From an uncultured Bacteroidota bacterium (GTDB taxonomy: Bacteria > Bacteroidota > Ignavibacteria > UBA10030 > UBA6906), in contig CAVOYH010000003.1 of assembly GCA_963700635.1 (NCBI GenBank), positions 1,056,001-1,120,000 of the forward strand: 64,000 nt of DNA, in the 5' to 3' direction. Below are positions 29,347-40,771 of the stretch, piece after piece. The position numbers and the translations under genes were made by a program. Positions within the stretch are counted from its first letter, which is position 1, and every line of letters starts with the position of its first letter. The notes under the pieces were generated by a model. The model searched no databases. It was given only the letters and a program-made list of their open reading frames with translations, and was not told the origin of the DNA.

Positions 29347-30325
29347 TGGTTCCGGCGGGTGCGGTCGTCCTGTTCGGGAAGGGAAATATTCAGCTTTTTC
29401 ATCCTGCGGAAAAGCGTGGTTTTGTGGATGCCAAGCTCCCGAGCTGCCGCCAGCCGGTTGAAGGCGTTTCGTTCGAGTGCGGCGTGGATGGCTTGAGCAT
29501 CGAGAACATTGTGGGCGGACCGCATATCGGCATCCGCGCCCGCCATTACGCCGCGAGCTGTCAATTCTCCGGGGTGAGTGCACGAATTACTGTCCCGTCG
29601 CCACAGAAAGTGACGAACGCACGCTCGATGACGTTTTCCAGCTCGCGGGATCTTTACCCGGCCAATCGTGAGCCATGAGGGAGGGGGCGGCCTCCCGCGG
29701 TTGTCTAGGCACGGGGACTTCTGCTGCAGCCAGTTAAACCGGACGACGATCTGGTACACGAGGAGGGGAATGTCTTGTTTTTTTCGTCGGCGCAGCGGGG
29801 GCAATTCGACGCGCACCACGTTCACGCGGTAGTAGAGGTCATCCCGAAAATGTCCCTGGCGCATTTGGTCAGCCCGGTCTTTGTTTGTTGCCACGATAAC
29901 CGTGCTGGGGCTGGCGGCGATGGCAGGCAGAACCTCGAACACTCGCTGCATCAAGGGGCTTCTGCTGGTCAGGTCGCCGACCCGGAATCTTCCCCTCCAG
30001 TTCCTGTCGCAACGCCTCGACTTCGGAAAGATCAGGATTGTCTCTGCACCGACGATTACCACGCCCATCGCCGTCCCGCAGCATTGCCGTAGAAATGCTG
30101 ATGGGGATCGATTCCGTCAATCAACGATGTACCCGGATTTACCGATAATGGGTTTGCGTGTCTTCAGGGTTTCCTGTAGCGCGCATGCCACCTCGCACGT
30201 GCTCGAACGAAACACATCCGAGCAGCGTCGGCCGATCGCCTCATTACGAGACACACCCGTGATCTCTTCGGCGGCCCGGTTGAACGACGTGACGCGCCAT
30301 TCCATATCCACCGTGAACACTTTCC
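29343..30325 (-). pseudogene. PAS-domain sigma-54 activator with internal AAA+ deletion and frameshifts
   Basis: PAS VFTVDMEWRVTSFNRAAEEITG; IAASPSTV joined directly to IVATNKD..FRDDLYYRVNV (Walker A, GAFTGA and Walker B missing); HTH AARELGIHKTTLFRRMK. Confidence 0.8.
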
Positions 30326-30677
30326 GAGCTGCTCTCGAGGATAGCTTCGGTAGGCGTAGTGACCTGCGGCGTCTTGCTTTGTGTACCCCTCATGGTAACG
30401 CGCTCCTGGAGATAGTTCCTCTGGCAGACCGGCTCAAGGAGCAGGCAGACCGCAACATCGGATCAGCCCGGCATAGACAAACCACCAGATCTTGAACAAC
30501 GAATCAACTGACGAAGGGGACTCCGCCATCGAGAACCTCTCCCGAGAATTGGAAGACACATTCGCAAATGCAGGAAGACTGCACCAGCGCGCCCTTTGGG
30601 CACATGAACGCCGGTGAAGAACGGCCTGATTTCCCGAGTGCCGCGCCGCAGCATTCATGGCACGGCGTTTGTATATT

Positions 30678-30696
30678 GTAAATGGTATTCATTGTC
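30678..30696 (+). promoter_or_regulatory. Fur-box-like operator
   Basis: GTAAATGGTATTCATTGTC matches GATAATGATAATCATTATC at 14/19 by hand, sits within an ATTG...CAAT dyad, immediately upstream of a fur-family gene. Confidence 0.65.
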
Positions 30697-30708
30697 AATA
30701 AGGCTCCC

Positions 30709-31190
30709 GTGAACCACTCCACCACCCCCGCACTGCACGCGACTCTCCGGAAGAAGGCCAACTGCGCCTCGCCGCACCCCGGAGAATAATCATCGATGTT
30801 CTGGTCCGTACGAAGGAACACGTCTCGGCCGAGGAAGTCTACATGGAGGTGTACAAGGCCTACCCGAATGTCGGACTGACAACGGTCTACCGTACCTCGG
30901 TGTACTGGAACACATGGGGATTGTTGCGAAACTGCATTTTGGGGACGGGCGCCGCCGCTACGAACTTGTTGAGGGCCACACGAAATCGACCCCATCACCA
31001 TCACCTCGTTTGCTCGAACTGCAAACGCGTCATCGACTATGACGATTTCGTCGACGAAGAACTTGAGCTCCTGAAGAGAGTGGAGAGGGTGCTTTCCAAG
31101 AAACATGGGTTTCACATTGTGGGGCATGAGATCCAATTCTACGGGAACTGCTTGCGCTGCAAAAAAAGAACTAAGTGTTCTGCTCACTTG
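30709..31190 (+). pseudogene. Fur family transcriptional regulator, frameshifted
   Basis: EHVSAEEVY...PNVGLTTVYRT...HHHHLVCSNCKRVID...HEIQFYGNCLRC; several indels; end approximate. Confidence 0.8.
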
Positions 31191-31229
31191 CAGAGAACGG
31201 CCTTCGAAGAACACACATGGAGAACACCG

Positions 31230-31690
31230 ATGGAAGATCCCGTGAAGATCGGCATTATCACCATCTGTCACCGCTATCATACCTGTGCCGGTGGAAGATG
31301 GTTGAGAGCGTTCCACAACCATGAAGGGGCATTCCGAGCCTACAAGGACAAGAACGTTGAACTTGTCGGGTACACCACCTGCGCAGGATGCCCGGGAGGC
31401 AATGTTAAGTATGCGCCGGCCGAAATGCAGAAGAACGGCGCCCAGGTCATTCACTTCGCCACAGGTCTCGTTGTCGGATATCCCCCCTGCCCGTATCTCT
31501 TCCATTTCCGGGAGTTCCATCAAGGCCAAGTACGGAATCGACATTGTCATGGGAACGCATCCGATCCCTCAAAGCTATTTCGAGACCCACATGAAGCTGG
31601 GCACATGGGACTCCCCGGAGTGGAAGACGGTCATAGCACCGACACTAACAGATGAGAACACGCGCAGGGAGCCGGTATACCTAACCAAAA
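31230..31690 (+). pseudogene. CGGC-domain protein, frameshifted near 31515
   Basis: KIGIITICHRYHTCAGG..GYTTCAGCPGG..IHFATGLVVGYPPCP, then IKAKYGIDIVMGTHPIP in the next frame. Confidence 0.75.
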
Positions 31691-31734
31691 TACAGCAGCA
31701 TCCTTGGCATACACTGTCAACTCAAGGAACACTT

Positions 31735-31940
31735 ATGAAACAGGCGCAACAGGGGAAGAGTAGGAGCTGGCGGACCATACCTATGCCGAAATGTGGACAG
31801 AAACTTCCGCATCGACGTGGAGTTCCCTGTCAGGGGAAGAGAAATGCCCCGTGTGTGGCGCAAAGATGCTCCGCGAGGGCTCACACCATGACCAGCTCCT
31901 GAAGGAAAAACAAGAAAAGAAATCCTCCGGAGATGTCTGA
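31735..31940 (+). pseudogene. Small Cys-rich (CxxC) protein, frameshifted
   Basis: PKCGQKLPHRRGVPC...KCPVCGAKMLREGSHHDQLL across frames. Confidence 0.5.
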
Positions 31941-31996
31941 GGCGGCGCATCCTCGCATCGCAGCAGCACTCTGAAGTGACAAAAGAAGGACGTACC

Positions 31997-33273
31997 ATGC
32001 AACGCGTGATTTTGCTGTGGTCTCTCATCGTGTCATCCCCGCCCGGTCACAGGACACGGGCACACCTGCACAGGGCTCCCCCTTCAGCCAGGCGAAGTTG
32101 ACCTCCAGGGATCTCCCTCATTCTTGATTGCTCCTATCTTCACCGGAATATCTCGGACGAGCAGACTTCCGGATTGTTCCTGCCGGGATTTGTCGAGTCG
32201 GGCGAGCACTCTCTCCCTCGCGAGGGCGTGAACCTCAACTATGCCGAAATCACCTTCTACTCCGTCATAGATCCATACTTTGAACTCTTTGCAGTCTGTC
32301 ACCTTTCAGAGGAGCACTTCCATCTTGAGGAGGCTTACTGGCTGACCAAGAAACTCGCCGCGGGATTCCAACTCAAAGCCGGAAAGTTCCTATCAAGCTT
32401 TGGAAGAATCAACGAACTCCACACCCACTACTGGGATTTTGCCGATCGTCCGTTGGTACATCAAGCGATGTTCGGAGACGAGGGCTTGAACGAAATTGGT
32501 GCGCGCATAACGTGGTCACACGACGGAGGTGTATCTCGTTCTCGGCACGGAAGTATTCTGATGGGAGAGAATGAGGCAAGTTTTGGCAGGACGGGATTTC
32601 TACTACCCCAGGAGAACATTCATGTCAGCAGCGTAAGGGGTCCTGGTCTCTTCGTAGGGTATCTTGAAACATCCGTAGACATCGGTGATGCATCGGTTCT
32701 AATGCGTCTCTCGGGGGCACAAGGCACAACCCGCAGCGATGAGGGTGGCTCATCCGGTGCACCGAACAGTCGTGCCCTCTCCGGAAGCACTACGGTCTTG
32801 GGCGGTGCCCTCACGGTGAAACATACGTTCGATGCCATTCGCTACATTTTCTTCCAGTCCGAGTATTTGGAGGCACAGCGATGGGACATTTTACGCCCTC
32901 GACCTGGCACAGCAAGTGCACCAGTCGGCACTGGAGAAGCGTCAGTCAGGATTTTACGCACAGGCCGTGGTGAAATTTGGCCTTCGAGATGCGCGGTGGG
33001 CTCCGATTCGACATGCTTCAGGGCAACCAGGTTACGAAAACGGGCTGCGAAGCGATCTCCCCGCAAGTCTTCCACGCTATAGTGCCATGCTCGAGTTCAA
33101 TCCCACTAGTCTCTCGCATCCGGCTCCAGTACAACTATGACCGTTCGCACTACACGAAAACGAATGAACAACTGAACAGAATGGCAGTCCACGAACTGAG
33201 CCTCCAGATCAATCTCGCGATCGGCGCTCACGGCGCACACGCATTGTCAACAGAAAAGGGATCACGACTATGA
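31997..33273 (+). pseudogene. Outer-membrane barrel of the type found with Zn/Mn ABC systems, frameshifted
   Basis: GVNLNYAEITFYSVIDPYF, LEEAY, KAGKFLSSFGRINELHTHYWDFADRP, RIRLQYNYD, LQINLAIGAHGAHA. Confidence 0.7.
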
Positions 33274-34166
33274 AGAAGTGGTTTTCCGCTCTCCTACTTC
33301 CCGCTGCATTTCTCTCCTCCTGGACATCTGCCAAACCTCTGCACGTTGTTGCGGCCTATCCGTATATCGGCGATCTTGTTGAAAGGATTGGAGGAAGTAA
33401 CGTGAGGGTCTTCTCTCTCGCCCGCGGCGACTACAATCCGCATGTGATCATCCCGCGGCCGTCATTCATCGCACACGTACGAGGAGCAGACCTTCTTATC
33501 ATCAACGGGGCCCAGCTCGAGATCGGATGGATGCCCCCGCTGCTGCGGCAGGCAAACAACCCTGCAGTACAAACCAGTGAACCGGGGTTCCTGGATCTCT
33601 CGCAATACGTCACGCTGATTGATGTCCCGACCTCGGTCTCCCGCGAGCATGGTGATGTGCATCCTGAAGGAAACCCACACTTCTATCTCGATCCGGAGAA
33701 TATCCCGCCTATTGCCCGGGCAATCAAAGACAAGCTTGTGCAACTCGATTCGCGAAATGCCTCGTACTATGAGCACAGGTACCGTGATTTCTCTGAATTG
33801 TGGGAGAAGAAACTCGTTGAATGGACCCAGAAAATGGCCCATCTCAAAAACGTAAGGGTTGTAGAGTACCACAAGAACTACGACTATTTTCTCCGCCGCT
33901 ACAAGTTGCAGATTGCCGGGACGGTGGAACCGTTGCCCGGGATTCCTCCAACATCCAAGCACATGGAACATCTCGAAGTTCTCCTGAACGCCGCACCCTC
34001 ACGGTTTGTCCTTCAGGATGTCTACAATCCCGACGACGCATCCCGCCACCTGGCCGAAAAGCTAAACATGAAACTCGTCGTCTTGCCGCATGACGTGGGT
34101 GCTGTCAAAGAAACCACCAGTATCGTCTCCCTCTTTGACGAGCTTGTTAGGAGGATCACCGAATGA
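33270..34166 (+). CDS. Metal ABC transporter substrate-binding protein (ZnuA/TroA family)
   Basis: YNPHVIIPRPS, ADLLIINGAQLEIGW, GDVHPEGNPHFYLDP, VEYHKNYDYF, EPLPGIPPTSKH. Confidence 0.88.
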   Translation: MKKWFSALLLPAAFLSSWTSAKPLHVVAAYPYIGDLVERIGGSNVRVFSLARGDYNPHVIIPRPSFIAHVRGADLLIINGAQLEIGWMPPLLRQANNPAVQTSEPGFLDLSQYVTLIDVPTSVSREHGDVHPEGNPHFYLDPENIPPIARAIKDKLVQLDSRNASYYEHRYRDFSELWEKKLVEWTQKMAHLKNVRVVEYHKNYDYFLRRYKLQIAGTVEPLPGIPPTSKHMEHLEVLLNAAPSRFVLQDVYNPDDASRHLAEKLNMKLVVLPHDVGAVKETTSIVSLFDELVRRITE

Positions 34167-34918
34167 TGACGGATATTCTGTTCTCCGCTTTTCTGCTCTC
34201 GGTTGTGCTCCTCGGCATTCATTCCTTTTTCGGCCTCGAGATCATCAAGAGGGGCATCATCTTCACCGATCTTGCAATTGGACAGATGGCTGCCGTAGGA
34301 GGCGCCGTTTCGATCCTCTTTCTCGACGGTGACTATCTCGATCCGATTTCCCTGGGATTCGCGCTCGTTGCTGGCGCCATCATTGCCTTTACTACCCCAC
34401 GCGCATACACGCACGAAGCATTTATTGGACTTCTCTATGCGTTTGGACTTTCAGCTGTCTTCATCCTTCTTTCGAAGTCCCCCCATGGGATGGAGACATT
34501 CCAGAAGCTGATGGCATCAGACATCCTGTTCACACCGCTATCGGAAGTCCTTAGAACCGCCGGGATCTATGCTGTCCTCGGCACAATCCTCCTTCTTTTC
34601 TACAACAGATCGAGTGGACTCGTCAAAGAAGGTCTTTTCTTTATCACGTTTGCGATTACGGTGACCGTTGCGGTACGACTGGCAGGAGTACTCGTTGTAT
34701 TCGCCCTGCTGGTAGCCCCCGCACTCATTGCGCTCAAGATCAGGAGGGGGATTCCCATCATCAACGCATGGATCATCGGCACGGTCGTCAACGTTGCCGC
34801 AATTTTCGTTTCGTACAATTTCGATTTCCCCACCGGTTACACGCTGGTTTGTCTTCATGCGTTGCTCGCGTTGATTGTCTCTATCGTGCCGGTCCGAACG
34901 CTGAGAACACATACATAG
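34163..34918 (+). CDS. Metal ABC transporter permease (ZnuB/ABC-3 family)
   Basis: LGIHSFFGLEIIKRGIIFTDLAIGQMAAVG, HEAFIGLLYA, AGVLVVFALLVAPA. Confidence 0.85.
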   Translation: MMTDILFSAFLLSVVLLGIHSFFGLEIIKRGIIFTDLAIGQMAAVGGAVSILFLDGDYLDPISLGFALVAGAIIAFTTPRAYTHEAFIGLLYAFGLSAVFILLSKSPHGMETFQKLMASDILFTPLSEVLRTAGIYAVLGTILLLFYNRSSGLVKEGLFFITFAITVTVAVRLAGVLVVFALLVAPALIALKIRRGIPIINAWIIGTVVNVAAIFVSYNFDFPTGYTLVCLHALLALIVSIVPVRTLRTHT

Positions 34919-34954
34919 ACCAATGTCACAACCAGCTACCGTGAGAGAACGATA

Positions 34955-35821
34955 GTGTTCGACCCGCGATGTATTCCATGCATAGTGAACCAGGCCACCC
35001 GTGCCTCCGCCCTTTTCGCAGAGGGAAACAAGGAACGCCAACTGGCGATCATCAAAGAGGTCTGCAGGGAAATAGAGGAGATTGACAGCGCGTACACTGC
35101 ACCGCTTTTTTCTGCGAGGATACAGTCCATCGTGGAACGGCATACGGGGATGGTGAATCCATACGGCGCGATCAAAGAACAGAACAGGAGAAGGGTCGAG
35201 GCATACCTACCGTACATCAAAGGATTGATGGATCGGGCGGAGGACCGGCTTGAGGTTGCCGTTCGAGCCGCGATTGTCGGCAACATCATCGACCTGGGCG
35301 CGAGTCCGACGTTCGACATCGAGAGTGAGGTCAATCGCCTGGAGTCAGACTTCATCGACCTGTCGATGCTTCCACGGTTCAAACAGGAGCTGGCAGAGGC
35401 CAGAGTGGTCCTGTACATCGGCGACAACTATGAAGAGGCGTTGTTCGACAAATTCCTCCTGTCCGAGTTGTTGCCGCGAAAGGTGGTCTTCGCCGTCCGC
35501 TCACGGCCAATCCTGAACGATATTACCCTTGACGATGCGCGGAGGATCGGGATCGATGTCATCTGTCGTGTCATCGAGAGCGGCAGCACTATCGCCGGGA
35601 CAGACATGAAAACGTGCTCGCCCGAATTCCTGAAGCTCTACCATGAGGCCGACATTGTGATCGCCAAAGGGCAGGGGAACTATGAAACATTAATCGATGA
35701 GACGCGCGCCATAACCTTCATCTTCAGGATCAAATGCGAGGTCATTGCAGAACGCTCCGGTATCCCCGTAGGCAGCGGTGTTCTCCTTGTCAATCCTCCC
35801 TCGGCTGCTGCCCGTCCTTAA
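34955..35821 (+). CDS. DUF89/ARMT1-like damage-control phosphatase
   Basis: CIPC, NPYGAIK, AIVGNIIDLG, YIGDNYEEALFD, PILNDIT, IAKGQGNYETL, KC. Confidence 0.85.
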   Translation: MFDPRCIPCIVNQATRASALFAEGNKERQLAIIKEVCREIEEIDSAYTAPLFSARIQSIVERHTGMVNPYGAIKEQNRRRVEAYLPYIKGLMDRAEDRLEVAVRAAIVGNIIDLGASPTFDIESEVNRLESDFIDLSMLPRFKQELAEARVVLYIGDNYEEALFDKFLLSELLPRKVVFAVRSRPILNDITLDDARRIGIDVICRVIESGSTIAGTDMKTCSPEFLKLYHEADIVIAKGQGNYETLIDETRAITFIFRIKCEVIAERSGIPVGSGVLLVNPPSAAARP

Positions 35822-35897
35822 AGTATGGAGCAGACGATGGTCCGGAGCTGGGTATGAGGTTCTCTCGCATTGTTACATGCAGTTCAAAGAAATATTG

Positions 35898-38190
35898 ATG
35901 ACCAAACGAGCAACGCTGATCCCGGTCACTGAGCCGGCAAAAGCCCCGCCGCGGGGAGGAACCTCTCGTTGCCGGCGTTGAGTGATCTTCCCACGGGGAC
36001 ACGGGGATCGTGAAACATCTGGGGGGCGGACAGCGATTCATCAGCCGGATATCTGCGCTCGGTTTTGTGGCAGACGCCGAAGTGGAGATCGTCCGGAGCC
36101 TCAGCCAGAGATCGATCATCGTCGCAGTCCGCGGGACACAGATCGCGCTCGGGTACGGCGAGGCCGCCAAGGTGCATGTACAGGTAACGACCGCCGAGGG
36201 GAAACCCGCGGCCCCTCACGGGACGCTGAGGGTCGCGCTCGCAGGACAGCCGAACGCGGGAAAGACCACGGTGTTCAATTCGCTGACAGGCCTCGCGCAG
36301 CATGTCGGCAACTGGCCAGGGAAAACCGTCGAGCAGATGTGCGGACTGCATCAATCCGGGAACACCACATTCCAGATCGTGGATCTGCCGGGGACATACA
36401 GTCTGACGTCGAATTCGCCCGAGGAGCGCATTGCGCGTGACTTCATTGTCCTGACGAGCCCGGACGTCGTCGTGATGATCGCGGATGCGTCGGCCCTGGA
36501 ACGGAATCTCTACCTGCTGGCGGAATTGTTGGTATTGCCGGCACCGGTCGTGCTGGGGTTGAACATGATGGATGTGGCCGAGGGGCAGGGCATCAGGTCG
36601 AAGCCCACGTCTTGGAGGCTGCCCTCGGATTGCCCGTCGTACCGATGGTTGCGACCAGGAATGAGGGGGTGCGAGAACTTGTTCGGACGGTCGAGCACCG
36701 TCGCGAGAGCCGGGGAGCTTTACGCCCGGTACGGCCGGAGATCGCGAGCCGTCACCGATAGCGGTGCTGGCGCAAGTCCGTGAGACCCTTCTGATCGAGC
36801 ATGTTCCCGCCCCGTATCGGGCGGAATGGATCGCGCTCAAGTTGCTTGAGGGCGACGAGGAAGTCACCGACAAGGCACGATCCTGGCACCTGAAATCAGA
36901 CTGGTGCAGTCGATTGAGGTCCTGCTCAAGGCACATGAGGACGCTGTGATTGCCATCGCCGGGGGCCGCTATGACTGGATCGGGCGGATGGTGCGCGCGG
37001 CAGTGATGCGGCCTCATGCCGGACAGATCACGGTAACGGAGCACATCGACCGAATCGCCACACACCCCGTCTGGGGATTCATGATGCTCCTCGGAGTGCT
37101 GGCTGTTGTCTTCGGGATTACATACGGCGTGGGTGCGCCCTTGCAGCGTTGGATGAACCAGGACCTGGTCCAGGCCGGGGCTGACGCTCTGCGCGTAGCC
37201 CTTTCCGGTGCGCCCTGGTGGTTCGTGGGCCTGCTCACCGACGGCGTTGTTGCAGGGGCAGGGATGGTGCTCACCTTTCTGCCGATCCTGGTCGTGTTCT
37301 TCTTCCTGCTAGGACTTTTTGAAGAAGTGGGCTACATGGCACGCGCGGCGTATCTCATGGACCGCTTCATGCACTGGATGGGGTTACACGGCAAGTCATT
37401 TCTGCCGCTCTGCCTAAGCTGCGGCTGCAACGTGCCGGGCGTGCTGTGCGCCCGCATCATTGAGTCACCCCGCGCCCGCATCCTGACGATCCTGCTTACT
37501 CCTCTGGTGCCGTGCACCGCCCGCCTCACGGCGTTGGCGGTGCTCACGCCGCACTTTTTCGGCTCCGCAGCTGTGTGGGTGGCCACCGGTGTGGTCGGCT
37601 TGAATCTGCTCCTGCTCATGGGGACCGGATTCGCTCTCCACGAACTGGTGCTGGGGGGAGAGCATGTCGCCTTCATCATGGAAATGCCTCTCTATCACAT
37701 GCCGAGCGTACGCACGATCGGTTTGTCCGTCTGGCGCCGCTCCCTCGAGTTCCTGAAAAAGGCCGGAGGCATCATCGTTGTCGTCTCGATAGTGGTCTGG
37801 CTCCTTTCGGCTCTTCCCGGAGGCGATTTGGAGACAAGCTATTTAGCGGATATCGGACGGTTCTTCTCCCCTATCGGAGCCTGGATGGGCCTGGATTGGC
37901 GTATTATTGTGGCGCTGTTGACCAGCGTCCTCGCCAAGGAGAATACCATTGCCACCTTGGCGGTGCTGTATCACGGAAGCAGTCTTCACGCTCTTGTCGC
38001 CTCAGTCACACCGGCAGCAGCGCTTGCGTTCCTTGTGATGCAGGTGACGTTTGTTCCGTGCGTGGCTACCATGGCGGCGATCCGTCAGGAAACGAAATCG
38101 TGGGGGTGGACAGCGTCCAGCGTGGCACTGATGCTGGTCATTTCATTGGTGGCGGGTGTGGCAGTGTACCAGGTCGTCCGCCTGCTGTAG
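35898..38190 (+). pseudogene. feoB: FeoA-FeoB fusion ferrous iron transporter, several frameshifts
   Basis: FeoA part (RISALGF..VAVRGTQIALG) in frame with GQPNAGKTTVFN, VGNWPGKTVE, DLPGTYSL, LNMMD; membrane part GYMARAAYLMD, GCNVPG, PLVPCTARL, FIMEMPLY, LAKE, FVPCVAT. Confidence 0.85.
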
Positions 38191-38289
38191 GTGTGCCCCG
38201 TCTCAATTCCAACCGCGCGCAAGACGTCTGACCGCACATGTGATGCGCGCATCAGCGGGAGCAAGACTCTCATCGTCGCGCCGCCTTCA

Positions 38290-40141
38290 CTACCCCTGAC
38301 GGCGATGATACAACCGATGCACTTCCAGTTGATGCTTCAGTGTGATCGCCACCTTCTTCTTTAATTGATCAATGAGATCCGGGCCCAGGATGAAGATGTC
38401 CTCTTCCGCTTTGGTCGGTGCCGTGAGCACGAGCGGCACACGGCTGGCCTCCAGCAACCGGATCAGATCATTCGTATTGTCGATGTCACGCCGGGAAACG
38501 ATCTGAATCTCCCGCAGGAGCTGATCACCATCCATGGGATAGATGTTCTGCTCGACAGGTGGCTTTGAATAATCCGACCGGTCCAGGATGTCCTGGTACT
38601 GGCTGGTGTAATGCGCGTTGCGATAGAAGCAGACCAACGTCCGCACTCTGTTCTGCAACACTGCCCATTGATCGTCCGGTGCCTTTGTTACCTTGCCGAG
38701 ATCGTCAATGGCCGACTGCAGCAGTCCGATCGCCAGAGTGAACTGGGTGCCGGTGATCATCGTACCGGAGAAGCCGTTGATCACTTCGAACCCCTGCAGA
38801 TTCATCAGGTCCGCTGCTTCTTCCTCGGAGTTGGACTGGAACTGGTACTTGCGGTAATAGTCCTTTTCTTCCGGCGTCAGCTCCATGGGGAACGGTACCA
38901 GTGGACGGGTGATCCAGCGCTGGTTGACTGTGCCGACGAGCATGAGCGGATCGCCGGATAGATTGTGCACGATCAACGCTGCCCGGCCAATCTTGTCCCA
39001 TGCCTGCATCAGGTGATGTGCACCTTCGGGACCGGCGAAATGTTCCGCAGTGCGCAGAATGTTCTGCATACGACCGATCATGGTTGTGGCCGGGTTGTTG
39101 CGGAATTGATGCACCAGTTCGAAGTACTCCGGCGCGTTGGCCTCATCCATCATGAACGTCCGGTTTGTCGTCTGATCGCTCGAGGCGTCCTGCAACTGCT
39201 CCGCGACCCGGAAGACTTGAGGGATCCCCAGGACGGGACCGACACCGCTGATGTAAAAATTGTAGCCGATGGTACGTGTTGGCACGGATTCGTCCCGGGT
39301 CTTAAAATTGAGTGCCTGCCCGGATTTGAGCAGCGGGATCACCGATGCCACTTCGGCCTGCGAGATATAGCCGGAGCCATAGTGCATGGAGACCTCGGCC
39401 TGCAGGCCGGCATCCCTGGCGCCGTCCTGTATGGTCGACATGAATCCGACGACACGGTCGGCATACGACCGTTTTTCGCACCATGACGGACCGTTTTGGC
39501 CGGGATAGAGGCTGACGCTCCAGCAGATACCGCCACCGGAATCGTTGGTCAGAAGGGAAAAGACCTCAATGGGTGCCTGGCGGCACAACTCCGCCACCGC
39601 CTTGCGATACATGGCCAGCACTTCCGGCTGGTCGATACAGGGTGCGTAGTAGGTATGGCGTGCGCGTCGCGGATGTTCACAGCGTGGACCTCGCCATTCC
39701 GGATGAGCCTGATACACCGCTTCCGGCAGCCACGCTGGCTCTTTGCCAAAGAACGCCGCTTTTAATCCCAACTTTTTCAGTATGACGCATCGTTCCTTCA
39801 CGATCTGCAGATTCTTCTTCGCATAATTGGCAGGCAGGAATGGCTTCAATTCCTCCGGCACCCCCACTTTAAACAGAGATGTGACGAGCATACCCCAATT
39901 GGGATACGGATCGTTCATATCCAGCTCCCACTGCCACCGGCTTTTCGGCAGGTCGCTGATCGACACGTGGGTGGCGCCCAGTTCGGCCGCCTGCCTGGCC
40001 AATTGACGGAACTCTTCCATACTGTTGGTGGGACAGGTAAAGATCACCTTCTTGCTTCGAATCCATTCTCAAAACTCCTTGATTATTGTCTTCTGCAGCA
40101 ACGGAAAGCGGGAACAACAGACATAGAACATACAGTAACAT
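38290..40141 (-). CDS. Secreted hypothetical protein of about 615 aa; signal peptide joined by one frameshift near 40055
   Basis: 585-aa intact ORF (38290-40047) preceded by MLLYVLCLLFPLSVAAE in a neighbouring frame; alpha/beta N-half suggests a TIM-barrel hydrolase (inference). Confidence 0.65.
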
Positions 40142-40544
40142 CGTGATCCTCGAGACTCTTCCTGGCGCCTGACCTTGTCCTTCTGTGAGAGGATCAGTCG
40201 TCCGATCACAGGAGTCCCTCGTTGTTCAGGAAGAGGTTCCTGCCGATCATGTCAGTGCGCGCGGGGATGCCCCGGGCGAGCTCTCGTAGGATGCTAACGT
40301 GATGACATGGGTGAGACCGGGTTCACTCTGCAGTTCGGCGATGGCTTTGCCGGGCTCGAGGGACTTGATGCCATGGAAGAACCGGGGACTCGTTGCGACC
40401 TCGATCATTACCCAACAAGATACTCGGAACGGGGGAGAAACGCAAAGGCAAATTGCAGCAGCAAGCTCAGGTCGGAGCTGTCAGCAGAATCTTGACAGTC
40501 TCAACGTGAACTCCATGCAGCGATGCCTCGAAGCCGCTCGTATC

Positions 40545-40753
40545 CCACTTGTAGTACGTCGCCTCGCTGATCCCGATCTGCCGCAGAACCTCCTCAAGAG
40601 ACATCCCCTTGCCCTGGAGGACCTCCGCCTCCCGCAACTTTGCAATGATTTGTTCCGCCGTGTGCCGCTGCTTGCCCATATCTCCCTCTTTCTGGCCCAC
40701 GATAACACTATTTTCGTCTACAAAACCTTGGGCCGACTTTCAGGGGGCACGTC
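40545..40753 (-). mobile_element. IS3-family relic: left end plus truncated OrfA
   Basis: MGKQRHTAEQIIAKLREAEVL...VLRQIGISEATYYKW HTH, then abrupt loss of similarity; minus-strand GACGTGCCCCCTGAAAGT resembles IS3-family termini. Confidence 0.75.
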
Positions 40754-40771
40754 CGGAGGCCGCACCTGTCA

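Noticed and set aside
30504-31550. 348-aa minus-strand ORF, and similar long antisense ORFs (35926-37065, 6662-7564, 26077-26811)
   Set aside because: Shadow frames of recognisable genes on the opposite strand in GC-rich DNA; no motifs.
30843-31655. Fur-CGGC fusion protein
   Set aside because: The read-through follows indels around the fur 3' end; the CGGC gene has its own ATG at 31230 after a GGAG.
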